From positions 1,860,001 to 1,924,000 of the forward strand of contig JAMWBK010000001.1 of the NCBI GenBank assembly GCA_029953675.1: a DNA stretch of 64,000 bases, read 5' to 3'. Below are positions 38,661 to 49,196 of the stretch, piece by piece. Every line of letters begins with the position of its first letter. Position 1 is the first letter of the stretch. A model generated the notes under the pieces. It searched no databases, was not told where the DNA came from, and worked only from the letters and a program-made list of their open reading frames with translations. The stretch is from Rhodosorus marinus CCMP1338. Taxonomy: Eukaryota > Plantae > Rhodophyta. Made by a program: the position numbers and the translations under genes.

Positions 38661-39138
38661 CGCGGAAGATCGAGCTCGAATGAACACGATGCTACGAGTA
38701 TTCCGATAGTGTTTGCAAAATTAGTATTTTCAGATTTTTCTTCAACAGTAAACCGCATTACACGTCATTCGTGAACTGTAGCGGGGTAGGATGTTCTGTC
38801 TGTGTCTTCCCACACACTCCAGTGCTTTAAAATAGCAGTGGCGCACTCTAGCACTGAGAAAGCCAATCTCAAGAAGAGCCATATTCACGCTTTTTGTTAG
38901 TACCTACGAAGGACAGGGAGGTGGACGGGAAGATGGATAGCGCTGTGTTTGGTTGTTATCAAGCAAATCTGGAAGAGCTCGTGCGAGCTCTTGGGTAGTG
39001 GGGAATGAGAGGGATGAGCACCAGATCTCTTCGATTTTCTGCACTAGAACGATTCCCTGATCGAATCTAACATCTAAAGGCACGCAAGTTAGTGATCGTA
39101 CTCACGTCGTATCTTTCGAGATCCGTACCATCTGCCTT

Positions 39139-39435
39139 GTTCTGGTACCAGATTTCTACGATCAATCACATTCCGTCCCATTGCTAAGTTGCTGCTGGCA
39201 GTGGTCCTTACAGACTGTTTAACAGAAACCGTCCAAAGGACAACCAGTGATCTGTTACCAAATTTCTACTATCGATCACAGTTGATTTACCAAGCTACTG
39301 CTGGCAGCAGGGTTCCTTTGGACAATCTTTCACAGATACCATCCAAAGAGCAACACAACCTCCACCCGTTCTGCTCGCAGAATTATACGATCGATCACGT
39401 TTGATCCCATTTCTAAGCTTGCTGCTTTCAGTGCT
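39139..39435. repeat. Three degenerate tandem copies of a 110-119 bp unit
   Basis: Units start at about 39139, 39249 and 39368. They share TCTG..ACCA.ATTTCTAC.ATC.ATCAC and CT.CTG.CAG-like motifs; units 1 and 2 also share CC.TCCAAAG. Confidence 0.55.
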
Positions 39436-39816
39436 CCGTCCATAGAGAAAACAAAGATCACATCCAAACGGACAGCCAGCGGGCGTGAAACCAACTAGTT
39501 CTTCGTGAGTATCAAACCACCCCCGGTCTTCAATTCCGTAGGTAACCATAGAAGAAGATGTTTATAAAAACGTACGTCACTTAGCGTTCCCAAGTTGTCC
39601 CTGACCTCAGTACTCGCCAGGCCCGTTAGAGCTTAACTTTCAAACTTGAGATAGGAGCCGAGTCCACGTTCGAGAGGTAGTGAACGGAACTCAAAAGGAG
39701 TACTGGAAAAGAGAGAGTGACCGTTCAAATCATGGCTGCTATTGGTCAAACCTAAATATAATTTTAAAGAATAATTTACAAGGATAAGTAATGTGAAACG
39801 TTGTCATCTATCATGA

Positions 39817-39827
39817 CGGCTGACAGT
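39817..39827 (-). promoter_or_regulatory. Family-associated upstream element CGGCTGACAGT (copy 2, inverted)
   Basis: Reverse complement ACTGTCAGCCG, about 400 nt upstream of the pseudogene start at 40224. Confidence 0.45.
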
Positions 39828-40223
39828 AGAATCTGAACGGGATGATTTGTATCGGATGAATTGAAAGGGAATGGCTATGGGATTCTTATATAATCCTGTG
39901 TAGGTGAGAAGTTGTAGGTCGCTCGGCATAGAAGAATAGAGAGAGAGAGATAGAGAGGCGCAAAGGGAAGGCAAATAGGAAAAGGCAAAGCCACTGTAAG
40001 GGCCGTAGACCCGCTGGGTTAGTGGGGCACGGAGCTGGTCGGTCTGATCTTCCGTACCAGAAACGAGGATAGGAGATCATCGGGTTTTAGGTATAATAGG
40101 ATTGAGGGTAGATAAAACTCACTGGGAGTCTCTCTAGGTGAGCATCTGCTTTCCTTTTTGCCGGATTTCTATGGTCGCTTACTTTTCATCCTTTTGTCTC
40201 AGCTGGTGTTGATATTTTGGAGA

Positions 40224-40562
40224 AGGCTCAACAATTATGATCCAGAGGACAAGAAGTGAGGTGAGGGTGGTAGTATACAGGTCAAGTGATGAATATATGG
40301 CGACAAAGCGGGTTGAGAGTGAGAAAATACCCCAGCTCAAAATTTTACCGGAGAACAGAGGGGGAGGGTCCCTCAGAGGGAGGGCGTTAGGAGGCAGATC
40401 CCCAATTCTCAACGTCGTAGGGCACGGAGGTTCTTAGGACAGAACCAGAACGCCTTGTTGTTCGGAGTGGGGACATCACTCATCCTTGGAGCCCCAGGAG
40501 CAGTGGTAGGTACATTGCTTGGTGTGCATATGGACAAGAGGCGCTACAAAGATGTGCGATAG
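40224..40562 (+). pseudogene. Glycine-zipper family paralogue 2, pseudogene
   Basis: Aligned to paralogue 1: ATG>AGG (40224), TGG>TGA (40257), an insertion of about 50 nt and a frameshift. The C-terminal block FLGQNQNALLFGVGTSLILGAPGAVVGTLLGVHMDKRR is intact in another frame. Confidence 0.75.
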
Positions 40563-40994
40563 TGCGGAGGTTCAATAAACACAATGGTCCGCAGAGTTTC
40601 TGGTCATATGAAAACGAGATACAACAATTGGCGGTAGTATAATTTGTTTTCGAACTATATCTAGGCAGGGTGTTCTGTCTGTGTCTTCTCGCCCACCTTC
40701 ATGCACTCAAGTAGTACCGAAGATCCTCCAGAGCTGAACCACAGTTTCTCAACGCGCTGAAAAACCTCCACCTGGATTCGCTGTCCAAAGCTTGCGGGTG
40801 TACATAAACACATAGAGAACTGAGCGTCAACTTGAAAACGGTTCAGTACGGAACAGAGAGTTTTGACTATCAAAGACCACAGCGTGGACTGGTCTTCTTT
40901 ACTGTACCTATAACGCGACATGAGAAAACTAGTGTTCTACTTTGCTTCAACTAGCTATCGCGGGGTTTTATGGACGTAGACGCTCACTCGCATT

Positions 40995-41300
40995 TCATGA
41001 GGCGTACGTTGCGTCGAACTTCTTCCTATCCATATGCAGACCCCACAAGGTGCCAACTACCGCTCCCGGAGCTCCGAATACCAGGGCACCACCAGTACCT
41101 AAGATCAACGCGTTTCTGTTCCGACCCCAGAATGAGGGATTCTTCCCGTGCTCAGAACAACACGACCTCCGAAAGCCGTCCTTCTCAGCCTTGACGTCTT
41201 CCTCAACTCCAGCTTTCAGATTTTCCTCCTCCCATTCACCTTCATTTATCTGAGGGTACTGAATGTGGTGATTGTCCTCACTATCAATTTTGCTAAGCAT
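40995..41300 (-). CDS. Small glycine-zipper membrane protein, paralogue 3 (101 aa)
   Basis: Acidic N-terminus, then FWGRNRNALILGTGGALVFGAPGAVVGTLWGLHMDRKK. Confidence 0.75.
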   Translation of the reverse strand: MLSKIDSEDNHHIQYPQINEGEWEEENLKAGVEEDVKAEKDGFRRSCCSEHGKNPSFWGRNRNALILGTGGALVFGAPGAVVGTLWGLHMDRKKFDATYAS

Positions 41301-41673
41301 CGTCTCTTAAACTGGCCCCCTTAACCCGCAACTCAAAAAAAAATCCAACTCGCAAGCCTATTCAAACGATTCGCTATCCTTCTACAACTTCTCTTCCGAT
41401 TAGTTACTCCTTACCAACACGAACAGTACCAACTCTACTTACTGCAACTCTCAGCCTCTTATACCATTCACAGCAGCATCGAGACCTTGCCCACCGAGCT
41501 CCAGCAGTCCTCCCGTTGCATCAATTAATCCATTGCCATGCACCGACTAAGTCGAATTTGTACCCCCCGTAAAAAACTCAAAAAGCCTTCGTTTCTTCCT
41601 AATTATAACAAGTTATGATTAGTAGCTCAATGAGAAAATGCAAAGTAAGGGGGAAGATCTCTAGTACATCTTT

Positions 41674-41682
41674 GCTGACAGT
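41674..41682 (-). promoter_or_regulatory. Family-associated upstream element (copy 3; ACTGTCAGC on minus strand)
   Basis: GCTGACAGT on the + strand, about 375 nt upstream of the minus-strand ATG at 41300, in the same gene-relative orientation as copies 1 and 4. Confidence 0.45.
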
Positions 41683-41718
41683 CATCGCAAGCAAAATGGA
41701 TTCGACCCTTCATGGTGA

Positions 41719-41807
41719 GCAATGAATTGAGTAAAATTTATACAGCACACTACCGGACCGCGGGTTGTGCAATGAATTCAGTAAAATTTATAGAGCACAC
41801 TACCGGA
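41719..41807. repeat. 39-bp direct repeat x2, period 50
   Basis: GCAATGAATT[G/C]AGTAAAATTTATA[C/G]AGCACACTACCGGA at 41719 and 41769. Confidence 0.9.
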
Positions 41808-43581
41808 TGGCTTCGAACCGTTTTTTCTACTCGCACTGTGCAGCGCAGTCGTTCCGCATGTAAAACTGTTATTTTTGTTAGTTTTTACTGAACGGATTTC
41901 TGCTTCCACCGATCTGTTTCGTACGATGAAGCCAGCGAGGACTTATCGTCTGACTATCGTCTCGAGATGGACGGTTGAACTGGATATATTGTGAAGATTT
42001 GGACTTTGTTATGCCCTGGCGTTTTCGGATGACAGCGTTAGGCAGTCCATGCGTGTGAGGAGTGGGCGGCTCTAGTGAAGTGGTAACGGGGATGAACGCT
42101 GATGGTTGTGGCTTTCTCCGTCTGCGCTGAGGCCTGAGAGTCTAGGGCTGTTCTCTGATGCGGTTTGGACTGCTCTAGGGACCATAGTCAAATATTGGGA
42201 AGGTAAGCTGCTTGCAATCTTCTCAGTGAATTTGCTTGTGCGACCGGAAACCCGGACGGGAAGAGCTTCATAGTACTCGATAGTACGTGGCGCTATTGGA
42301 TAAAACAAACCCCTTCTCTCGATAATCATCGCAAGAGAATACCATCAACCGGGGAAGACTGACATGCATGTGCTTCTCCAAACAGGGCAGGTTTCCAGAG
42401 CTCCCCCCAAATGTCCAGACTTGTGGACGCAAAAACTCAACTAGTGCTTCGGAGGAGGGGACCTCGAGAGCGCTTAAATCCCGTTTCGTCGCGAAGTCCT
42501 ACGAAGCTAAAATCCCGACGAACACTCCACATAGTCAACGCACGCTAAAAATTAGTTCCCGATTCGCCAAAAAATGCGAAAAGGACACCCCCAAAAAACC
42601 AGGAAAATATATATCGTATATATAGGATATCACGATCCAAAAAAATTCCAAAAGGTAGTCAGTCGTTTTAATATTGATTGATTCTTGGCCAAAAGAGTAG
42701 AAACCCCAAGAATCCAGGCTGAATTCCTGGTCCATGCGGGTCGATTCTCTCCACTCACGTAAGGCTCGAGTCCCAAAACTAGGCTGGCTCTCTATTGGTG
42801 AAGCCCCCGCAAGGATTGTAGTATTTCATTATTTTTTGGTACTAATTGAATTGTTCGTTGATTCATTTGATTGATATATATATAAACGAATTCGATCGAG
42901 GAGAACGGCTTGGAAGTAGAAAATGATACCCAGTGGCGGAAAGCAGTAGTAGAAGTAGACGTGGTGGGTGGGGAAGGAGACGATATGAAATGCATGGATA
43001 TCTGTTGGACAAAATTTAATTCCTAGTCTTCGGAAGAACCAACAACTGGCTGACGAGGTACTTGTCCGGCACCACCAGACATCAGTGCGCGGCGTTTTGT
43101 TCGTGGGTTCGAATACTTCAGCTAGGGCAGTTCCTCATTAGGAGCCGAAGCTGTTTGGGTTGTTATTGTTCACCCAGTAGGGATCTGTGCAAGACAAGGG
43201 ATCGAAGGCAAACTTACTTACAGTCCTACAAGCTAAGGTGGTGGTTAAGAAAGTCTTGGAATTCGACTTCCTTCGTACGCTCCTCTGTGGATGTTAACTG
43301 AACTCGTGCGCGTTTTGAGAGTTTTCCAATAGAACCTCGGCAATACTACATGTCCCAGTTGAACCCTCTATTCAATTACGGAATCGAGATATTCATTGTA
43401 CGAATAAGTACTGATGAACTGAAAATACCGATCTTTTGTTTATTTCGGTCTGCTGGACGACCATTCCAATCAACGTCTCCTTCCGAATTCATCTTCCACC
43501 CGTTGTCATCTTAAAAATATATTTCTGCCTATCCACGCCAACAATGCTCGAGGGATTGATCGGACGTGAGAGGATGTTTTC

Positions 43582-43927
43582 GATCGCGTCTTTTTCCCTC
43601 ATCAAGCTCCAACTAATCAAGAGATTCTATACTTCATCGAAAAATTGTTTCACTCTCTACAGCTTTCCTCCCAAGGCCCACTCTGAGGAACCGTCAAGAT
43701 ACACACAGGACCGCAAGCTCGTCTTGCACGTCCAGTACGATTTGATCATCCAGATCGTGTCTTTTTCCCTCATCAAGCTCCAACTAATCAAGAGATTCTA
43801 TCCTTCATCGAAAAATTGTTTCACTCTCTACACCTCCCCCCCCCAAGGCCCACTCTGAGGAACCGTCAAGATACACACAGGACCGCAAGCTCGTCTTGCA
43901 CATCCAGTACGATTTGATCATCCAGAT
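43582..43927. repeat. Tandem direct repeat, 171/172-bp unit x2
   Basis: Units start at 43582 and 43753. They are nearly identical except for a few substitutions and a 1-bp gain in a C-run. Confidence 0.95.
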
Positions 43928-43952
43928 TATGCATGATTTGTTCTAATAAACG

Positions 43953-43966
43953 CAACTGTCAGCCGG
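43953..43966 (+). promoter_or_regulatory. Family-associated upstream element CAACTGTCAGCCGG (copy 4)
   Basis: About 325 nt upstream of the ATG at 44289; identical to 37994-38007. Confidence 0.5.
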
Positions 43967-44288
43967 CTTTGATCATAAAAGAAAGCAACCCCTCTGGATA
44001 TTGGGACCTGAAGAGAAATTGATGATTTTCAATTATTTACTTATTGAAGGTTTTGATACATGACAGGGCCGGGCGGGGGGTACGAAAATCCAAATTCAAG
44101 TGGTTGGGTGGATCGGCATTGATGGGGTTTAGAGATGAACAGTGGTGCGGGGATCTGAGAAGATAAGTAGGAACTGGACTAAGGAAGAAGAGATGGCATA
44201 TGTATACATATTTTCAAACTAGACAGACGTCTGAGAAGCACGTTGTCATCTCTATTCTTCTTGTTGTGTTGGTTTGCAGCAGCAGAAA

Positions 44289-44711
44289 ATGTATTGGAGC
44301 GACGATAGTGATTATTTCTCACGTATTGATAGCGACAATGGGTCGTTCGTAGATTCAGAGGAGGAACAGTATCTTGAGACTGAGAAGAAGCTGCAGGAGG
44401 AACTATGGCTATGGAATGCGTACGAGCAGGACGAGCAATTCGAACTGTGGGAGCCGATGGAGCCTTTGGCGTGGCATGAGCTGCGGGAAGCGTCCGAGGA
44501 TGATGTAGTGGAGAACTGCGGACAAGGTGAAACGATACGGAAATCCGGTTCCGTACCTACGAAAAGGCCATGCTTTTGGCGTCTTAACAAGAACGCACTA
44601 CTGTTCGGTACTAGCGGAGCTATTTTCCTCGGCCCCCCAGGCGCAGTGGTTGGGACGATGTACGGTATGCACAGAGACAAGAAGAAGAAGTACGTAAACG
44701 TGTACCAGTGA
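44289..44711 (+). CDS. Small glycine-zipper membrane protein, paralogue 4 (140 aa)
   Basis: Very acidic, Trp-rich N-terminus, then FWRLNKNALLFGTSGAIFLGPPGAVVGTMYGMHRDKKK. Confidence 0.75.
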   Translation: MYWSDDSDYFSRIDSDNGSFVDSEEEQYLETEKKLQEELWLWNAYEQDEQFELWEPMEPLAWHELREASEDDVVENCGQGETIRKSGSVPTKRPCFWRLNKNALLFGTSGAIFLGPPGAVVGTMYGMHRDKKKKYVNVYQ

Positions 44712-44864
44712 TTATCTTATAGCCCGTCCAGACAGTTTCAGAGTGGAAATGCAGTAGAAGAATCCGTTCTAAGCTACATAATTTTGATGTGCGTAAGTCT
44801 AGTTTTTCTATTAGGACGTATCATGTCCTGGAGCAAAATAAAGAACTTGCAGAGTCTAATCAAG

Positions 44865-44958
44865 ATGCGGAACCTCGACAGTCCGTACCGGTTTTAAACG
44901 GCCATCACACCTTCATGCAAAATTAGGGAAGCTCCAATGCGGAACCTCGACAGTCCGT
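44865..44958. repeat. 22-bp direct repeat x2, period 72
   Basis: ATGCGGAACCTCGACAGTCCGT at 44865 and 44937. Confidence 0.85.
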
Positions 44959-45209
44959 TAATGAAAATTTTCTGTCTATTTTATACCAAAATTGGAATCC
45001 ATGTTCTGCTTGGATTGGTTTAACTGCGAGCTGATTGTATTTAGGAATCAATGATTTGACGATGGGAATATTGAAATCATGAATATTTGTAATCAATTTG
45101 TTTGAAGGTTTTGGGTTTTTGTAGCGATTGAAAGCCGAAATTCATTGGGTTGCCTTGACGAAGCTGAAGGGACCGCGATGGAGAAGAGTGGTTGAATAGG
45201 AAGCTAAAA

Positions 45210-46586
45210 ATGAGTCTGTCAGAGTTCGAAGTAGAGTCCTGGATTGAAAAATTCAGATTGCATAGTCCCAAGACTAGGTTAATCCGGTTGTCGAGGGAGG
45301 TCTGTGAGTATCTGCTCGAAGACAACCTGATAGTCCGGTCTGGTGAAGCAGTTGAGTTGCCGTCCTGAAAAGGCTCTTTCAAGGAAAGGTTCTCCTTCGC
45401 TTAATAAGGATATTTTCTTGCGCTATTTTGACGCTTCTTCGAAGGATAATGACGTCTCCAGTGACTCCGACACCGACGGAAGTGAGGATGAATCAGCCGG
45501 AGCGTTGTCGGCAAAGACTATCGATTCGTTTCCTGAGCTGAAGACGGAGGTAGAGGAGGCAATTCAAGCTCTGGGGGGGGAAGTGGCGCCTAAAGTCGGG
45601 TCCAAGTCACCTGTTGATGCCTCGTGGTAGGAGCGAATATGCGGAGCTCTTGTTCACGGTCCGGGGACTGAAAACTTGCTTCGAAATCACAAAACAGGGC
45701 AAATTTCACTGGGCAGACGAAATGCAAGGACTTTTCCGAAGTTCTATTGCTTATGAAAGCCTCCGATAGAGTTGCAGACGACGTTTCCACAAGGTTATTG
45801 CTTGGACAGCCCACTTTTTTGATCCTCAGAAAGTAAGGAACAGAGATCATCGAGAAAGAACCAGACGTTGCCAACGGTTTAATCTCACGACGCTGTCACT
45901 CTTTATCTTGCGCTCTAGATGGTCCTCCTTGCATCCCAGTATGGAATTTAGAACTTTCATCAAGCAAAGAAGAGTACAAGCGATCTGTCAACGGGATGAT
46001 GAACAGCACTATCAACATTTAGAGGACGACGCTCCGAAGATTGAGCATGCAATAGAAGGTTTCTTTAACGATACTATGAAAGGTCAGTGATCTACTCAAC
46101 CCAAGCGCATCAGACCAGAGGGAAACAATCCTGACGCCAACGCATGTGAATTGCTTCTTTCTTCTTCCAACAGAGAAGATGAGTGGAACAGAATATGTGA
46201 TGGACGTCTACGTGGACAATGCCAGTCGAGTCTGGCTGATTGATTTGGCTCCCGCTAGAGATACTACTGATGCGCTTCTCTTTACTTGGGCAGAGCTCGA
46301 TGCATTAGCTGCTAACAGCCGACCAGAGTTTAGGTGCGTTCCGATCTATCTCCTTCCACGGAAGCTTCCGGCCGCGATTCGAGGACGAGATTTTCTACAA
46401 GCTCAGGCTTTAGCTGAGGAGTTGCTGAACGTTGTTTCGCCTTGACGATTTAGGGTATTGGCACGTCATAAACGAGCACCAGCGAAGAGTTTGTACTATG
46501 GAATTCCCTATGAGTTGCGAGGGGAACGTGGATCAGAGGCACTTGCAGAGGCTTCTAAGCGGCTAGCCGAACGACGACTAGGCTGA
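45210..46586 (+). CDS. CDC123: CDC123 (D123) ATP-grasp eIF2 assembly factor, multi-exon
   Basis: Exon segments SWIEKF...YLLED, FPELKTEVEEAIQALGGEVAPK..SPVDASW, LLMKASD, MEFRTF..ICQRD and YVMDVYV..VWLIDL..TDALLFTWAEL. Stop at 46586; exact start uncertain. Confidence 0.85.
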
Positions 46587-46705
46587 ATCTGAACAGGAAC
46601 CGGGACCAGCAGCATGCAACACCAACAGCTTTTTTGTTTACCTGTTCAGACCCCTTTTCAGAGCCTTGCGACGTTTAACTATCTTGCATGCTCCAATGCT
46701 AATAC

Positions 46706-48630
46706 CTACCATTCCAGCGAAGCCAACGTGGCTTCTCCTCTGCTCTCAAACGTTGTATGGAAGAGCTTGCGGGCCTTATCTGAACCAGGCTCAGCTCCTA
46801 TTAAATCGTAAACAATTTGTACACCTTTACAGTCTTTCAGATCGTCGATCACTGACCCTTGTTTATAAACAGCTTCCACGTTCTCTAGCAAATTTCTATC
46901 ACGAACGTCACCTCCAATCTATTGTTCCCACATCGCAAGAAACAAGCGTGGGACAAGGGAAAAGACCAGTAAATCAGTTGCACGAACTCAGAGAAACGGA
47001 GGTTCGAAGGCTTGCAGTGTCGACGCTCTCTACTGCCCCTGCACTACATCCAGAACCAAGCTAGGAGAAAACAGAGTGACTGAAAATGTGTACCTGACCA
47101 CCTCCATTGTTACAACCACCAGGACAAGACATCATCTCCACATACTGGTACTGACATCTTCCAGCAGCAATGCTTCGCATGATCTTCTGTACATTCTTAA
47201 AACCATACGCTGCTGCAAATTTTATCATGTTCTCTTCTTTGGCAGGGTCTTGCAGAACATACTCCTACACATCGACAACCAACAAGTCAGGTGGCAAGTA
47301 GAGCAGTTACAAAAGACGTTCGATGGAATCACAATGATCGTTTAAAACCGCAATTCTGTTCGCATACCTTGAAATCAGATCCTCTCCCAATCGTTTTGAA
47401 CTGTAAAGACTCAGGAAGTTTGTATCCAAAGTACTTCTCTGCAACAGCCCTAACGGTGAACTCCAGGTAACCGCCAGAACCTACTAGCTCACCAAGGTAA
47501 ACGCTGCCAAGGGCGCCGTGATCACCTCCGAAATCGTCGTCCAAGCTGGTTCTTCTTACCGTGCTTAGGGGACTTTAGGAAGACACGAAACAAAAGGTTA
47601 CGATTCAACATCTTCCCTCCAGAAGGGGCGATCCGAATGCTCCGACTCCCTCATCGAGCCTCATCTGAAGACGAGAAGGAGTAACATACCTGAACGACTT
47701 GATGATGATGGAATCAAGTTCATCCGAAGTTATGACAGAATCCACTTCAGGTGTCTCGTGGTATTCCAGCTCTGGCCTTGCTGCTTCTAGTTTCTTATCG
47801 TGACAAGGCATGACCGTGGCGACCCATACCTTCCTTCCCTGTGCGACCTCAGTTGCGCTCGGGAGTAGACGCTTTGCCAAGGTCGCCAGGATAGCTTGGG
47901 GTGATTTGACCTACCGAAGAAGAAATCACCGACGAACTATAAGCAGCAATAGCTGCTTAGACCGTTCGACTGTGAAAACCTTACCTTGGAGAGTTTGCTT
48001 ATCACTTCTGGTCCTTGTTTCTTCTCGACGTATGAGACGAACCCTGGACAGGCAGATGTGATGATTGACTGCTGCTTTTCAATCTCTGTGAAAACTTCAG
48101 CTAAATGCTCCAACAAGCAAATTCTCCTTGCTAGAGACACGTCGTAGACCTGTGAAAGAAAGCCGTTGAGCTTTTGCCCGTCCTCCCGGCTCTGTGAGCT
48201 CGGAGTTGTGCTGGATTTTTACCCTTGACGCTCCAAGTTCCTTCAGGATGGTGCACAGTTTTTCGTACGTTTCGACCAGGCCAAGCCCATATTTTTCAGC
48301 CACAGAAGCAACCGCCTGCTGAGACAAACCCACGACCGCAAACCGGGACTCGTCCGAACATCCGCTCTCAAAAGCGCGGAGGGCCTCAGCGCTGTCCAAC
48401 AAAATCGTCTCCGCGGAGGTCACACATCCACTACATGTAATACAATCAGACAGAGTCACCCTAGCAATTTTGGCTTGTTCTTCAGACTGCTTTCCATACA
48501 TTGGAGAAGCGAATGACCCGGGCTTGGGCTTCGATGCCGCCTGCATCCCACCCCCGACAGGCAGGATGCAAGCATCGGAGGGTCGAAGAAAATCATTCAA
48601 ATCAGTTAACTTCACAGTTCCCTGACCCAT
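46706..48630 (-). CDS. NAR1: NAR1/CIAO3 (IOP1) FeFe-hydrogenase-like cytosolic Fe-S assembly protein
   Basis: LTDLNDFLRPSDACI, LSDCITCSGCVTSAE, ITSACPGF, VMPCHDKKLEA, EMMSCPGGCNNGG and LFHTTF...W* distributed over several exons. Confidence 0.92.
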
Positions 48631-49196
48631 AATACTATCCTTCTTCTCATTCCTATCCACAAAGACTCCTCATCTTTCTGTCAAACCCTCCACAAACGCA
48701 ATAACCATCTCCAACCCCTCCCGTCCCCCCACCCCCGAGGTCCCTCCTTCCGTTGCCCCGCCACGCTGCTAGCATTTTCCGTCAACACAAATCCGTTGAA
48801 AAATTCCATCAGCCAACCAAATCCTTTAAACAAAGTTAATCCAATGAAACAATCTAAACAATTACTTACAAAAATACGTGGCTTTTAATTGGATGTTATG
48901 TACTATTAAAGCCAATTAAAAACGGATATCATGAATTAGTCGTGAAGTACCGTAATTATTTTTATAATATGTATGATTTGAAATTGAATTCTAGGGTTCT
49001 TTAAATTATGGGTGAATGAGAGTTGAGAAATGGGAAATGGATTACTTAGCTGGTTTGGTGAGGGGTTTGGGGCTTGGGAGGGGTCTGTGGGGGATGGAGG
49101 AGGGTGACAGAAGAGAAGGTTGATGTTGTAGAGGTACTATTGATGTGAAGGATAAGGATCTGGTAGGAGAACAGTGAAATTTTGTCTGGAAAGGGT

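Noticed and set aside
41800-41860. B-box-like GGTTCGAAGCC on the minus strand (also GGGTTCGAATAC near 43105)
   Set aside because: No A-box/D-arm or cloverleaf can be folded, so no tRNA or SINE call is supported.
41719-44958. Short direct repeats with spacers as a possible CRISPR array
   Set aside because: Only two copies of each repeat, different repeat sequences, eukaryotic context and no cas genes.
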